Assembly: GCA_963734495.1 (NCBI GenBank) | Contig: CAVTHK010000016.1 | Span: 128,001-192,000 of the forward strand | Length of the DNA: 64,000 nucleotides | From: an uncultured Spirochaetota bacterium | GTDB lineage: Bacteria > Spirochaetota > Spirochaetia > SZUA-6 > CAVTHK01 | Direction of reading: 5' to 3' | Shown here: positions 63,516-64,000 of the stretch, piece by piece | How positions within the stretch are numbered: the stretch's first letter is position 1 | How the letters are laid out: every line of letters begins with the position of its first letter | The notes under the pieces: model-generated | Databases searched by the model: none | The model's input: only the letters and a program-made list of their open reading frames with translations | Told to the model about the DNA's origin: nothing | Translations under genes and position numbers: made by a program

Positions 63516-64000
63516 GTGAGCGCAGCGGACGCCAGCATAGGCGGCGGACAGCGGGTTTCCGGCCGCGAAGTCCTCGATCTCCGAGAGTTCCGGGGGCTCG
63601 ATGAGGGAGAAGCCCTTGCGCGCTTGCAGCAGGAGGGGCCGAACGAGCTCCCGGGCCAGAAAAAACGGAGCCTGCTGGCGATCGGGCTTGAAGTCGTGCG
63701 CGAGCCCATGTTCCTCATGCTCGTCGCGGCCGGAACCCTGTATCTGCTCATGGGCGAGCCCTCGGACGCCATGATGTTACTCGGCTTCGTGTTCGTGGTG
63801 ATGGCGATCACGATCGTCCAGGAGCGGCGCACTGAGCGCGCGCTGGAAGCGCTGCGCGACCTGTCCAGCCCGCGGTCGCTGGTCATTCGCGGCGGTGTCC
63901 ATCGGCGGATCGCGGGACGGGAGGTCGTGAGGGGAGACCTCGTCGTCTTCTCCGAGGGGGACCGCATTCCCGCGGACGGCATATTGCGCTGGGGCATCAA
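63516..64000 (+). CDS. cation-translocating P-type ATPase, N-terminal part (runs off the window)
   Basis: GL...EA..RL..EGPNELP, EPMFLML, QERRTERALEAL, V.GDLV..EGDRIPADG; GGAGG RBS. Confidence 0.92.
   Translation, partial: MSAADASIGGGQRVSGREVLDLREFRGLDEGEALARLQQEGPNELPGQKKRSLLAIGLEVVREPMFLMLVAAGTLYLLMGEPSDAMMLLGFVFVVMAITIVQERRTERALEALRDLSSPRSLVIRGGVHRRIAGREVVRGDLVVFSEGDRIPADGILRWGI

Overview
High-GC bacterial chromosomal segment, probably from a free-living Spirochaetota lineage. That assignment is an inference from the 'GGKE'-type solute-binding-protein N-termini and two hypothetical proteins resembling families I recall from spirochaetes; it was not verified by search. The left half (~2.2-32.4 kb) is a large carbohydrate-uptake and catabolism region: three sugar ABC transporters, GH35, GH1 and GH127-like glycosidases, a UroD/MtaA-like protein, a tandem VOC protein, a fucose-isomerase-like protein, IolB, and a DeoR-linked operon (Gfo/Idh/MocA dehydrogenase, Zn-ADH, FGGY kinase, divergent shikimate-dehydrogenase-like protein, cupin phosphoglucose isomerase). 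The right half is mostly housekeeping and stress genes: phosphatases, MFS, a divergent transketolase with a histone-H1-like tail, HisJ, a homocysteine methyltransferase, clpS-clpA, sodA, a PilZ protein, an Rrf2-suf operon with a perfect palindromic operator, pntAB, TetR and a partial P-type ATPase. Many genes between ~10 and 28 kb and at 38.7-39.8 kb carry single-base frameshifts that look like long-read consensus errors. I saw no rRNA, tRNA, CRISPR array or intact mobile element. Most interesting candidates: (i) an unassigned sugar/cyclitol catabolic pathway with a predicted DeoR operator motif; (ii) an unannotated 57-aa ORF with an internal duplication inside the suf operon; (iii) a 54-aa small protein with its own palindrome-controlled promoter; (iv) a GH127-like plus single-cysteine racemase ABC operon; (v) a composite palindromic repeat element upstream of clpS.
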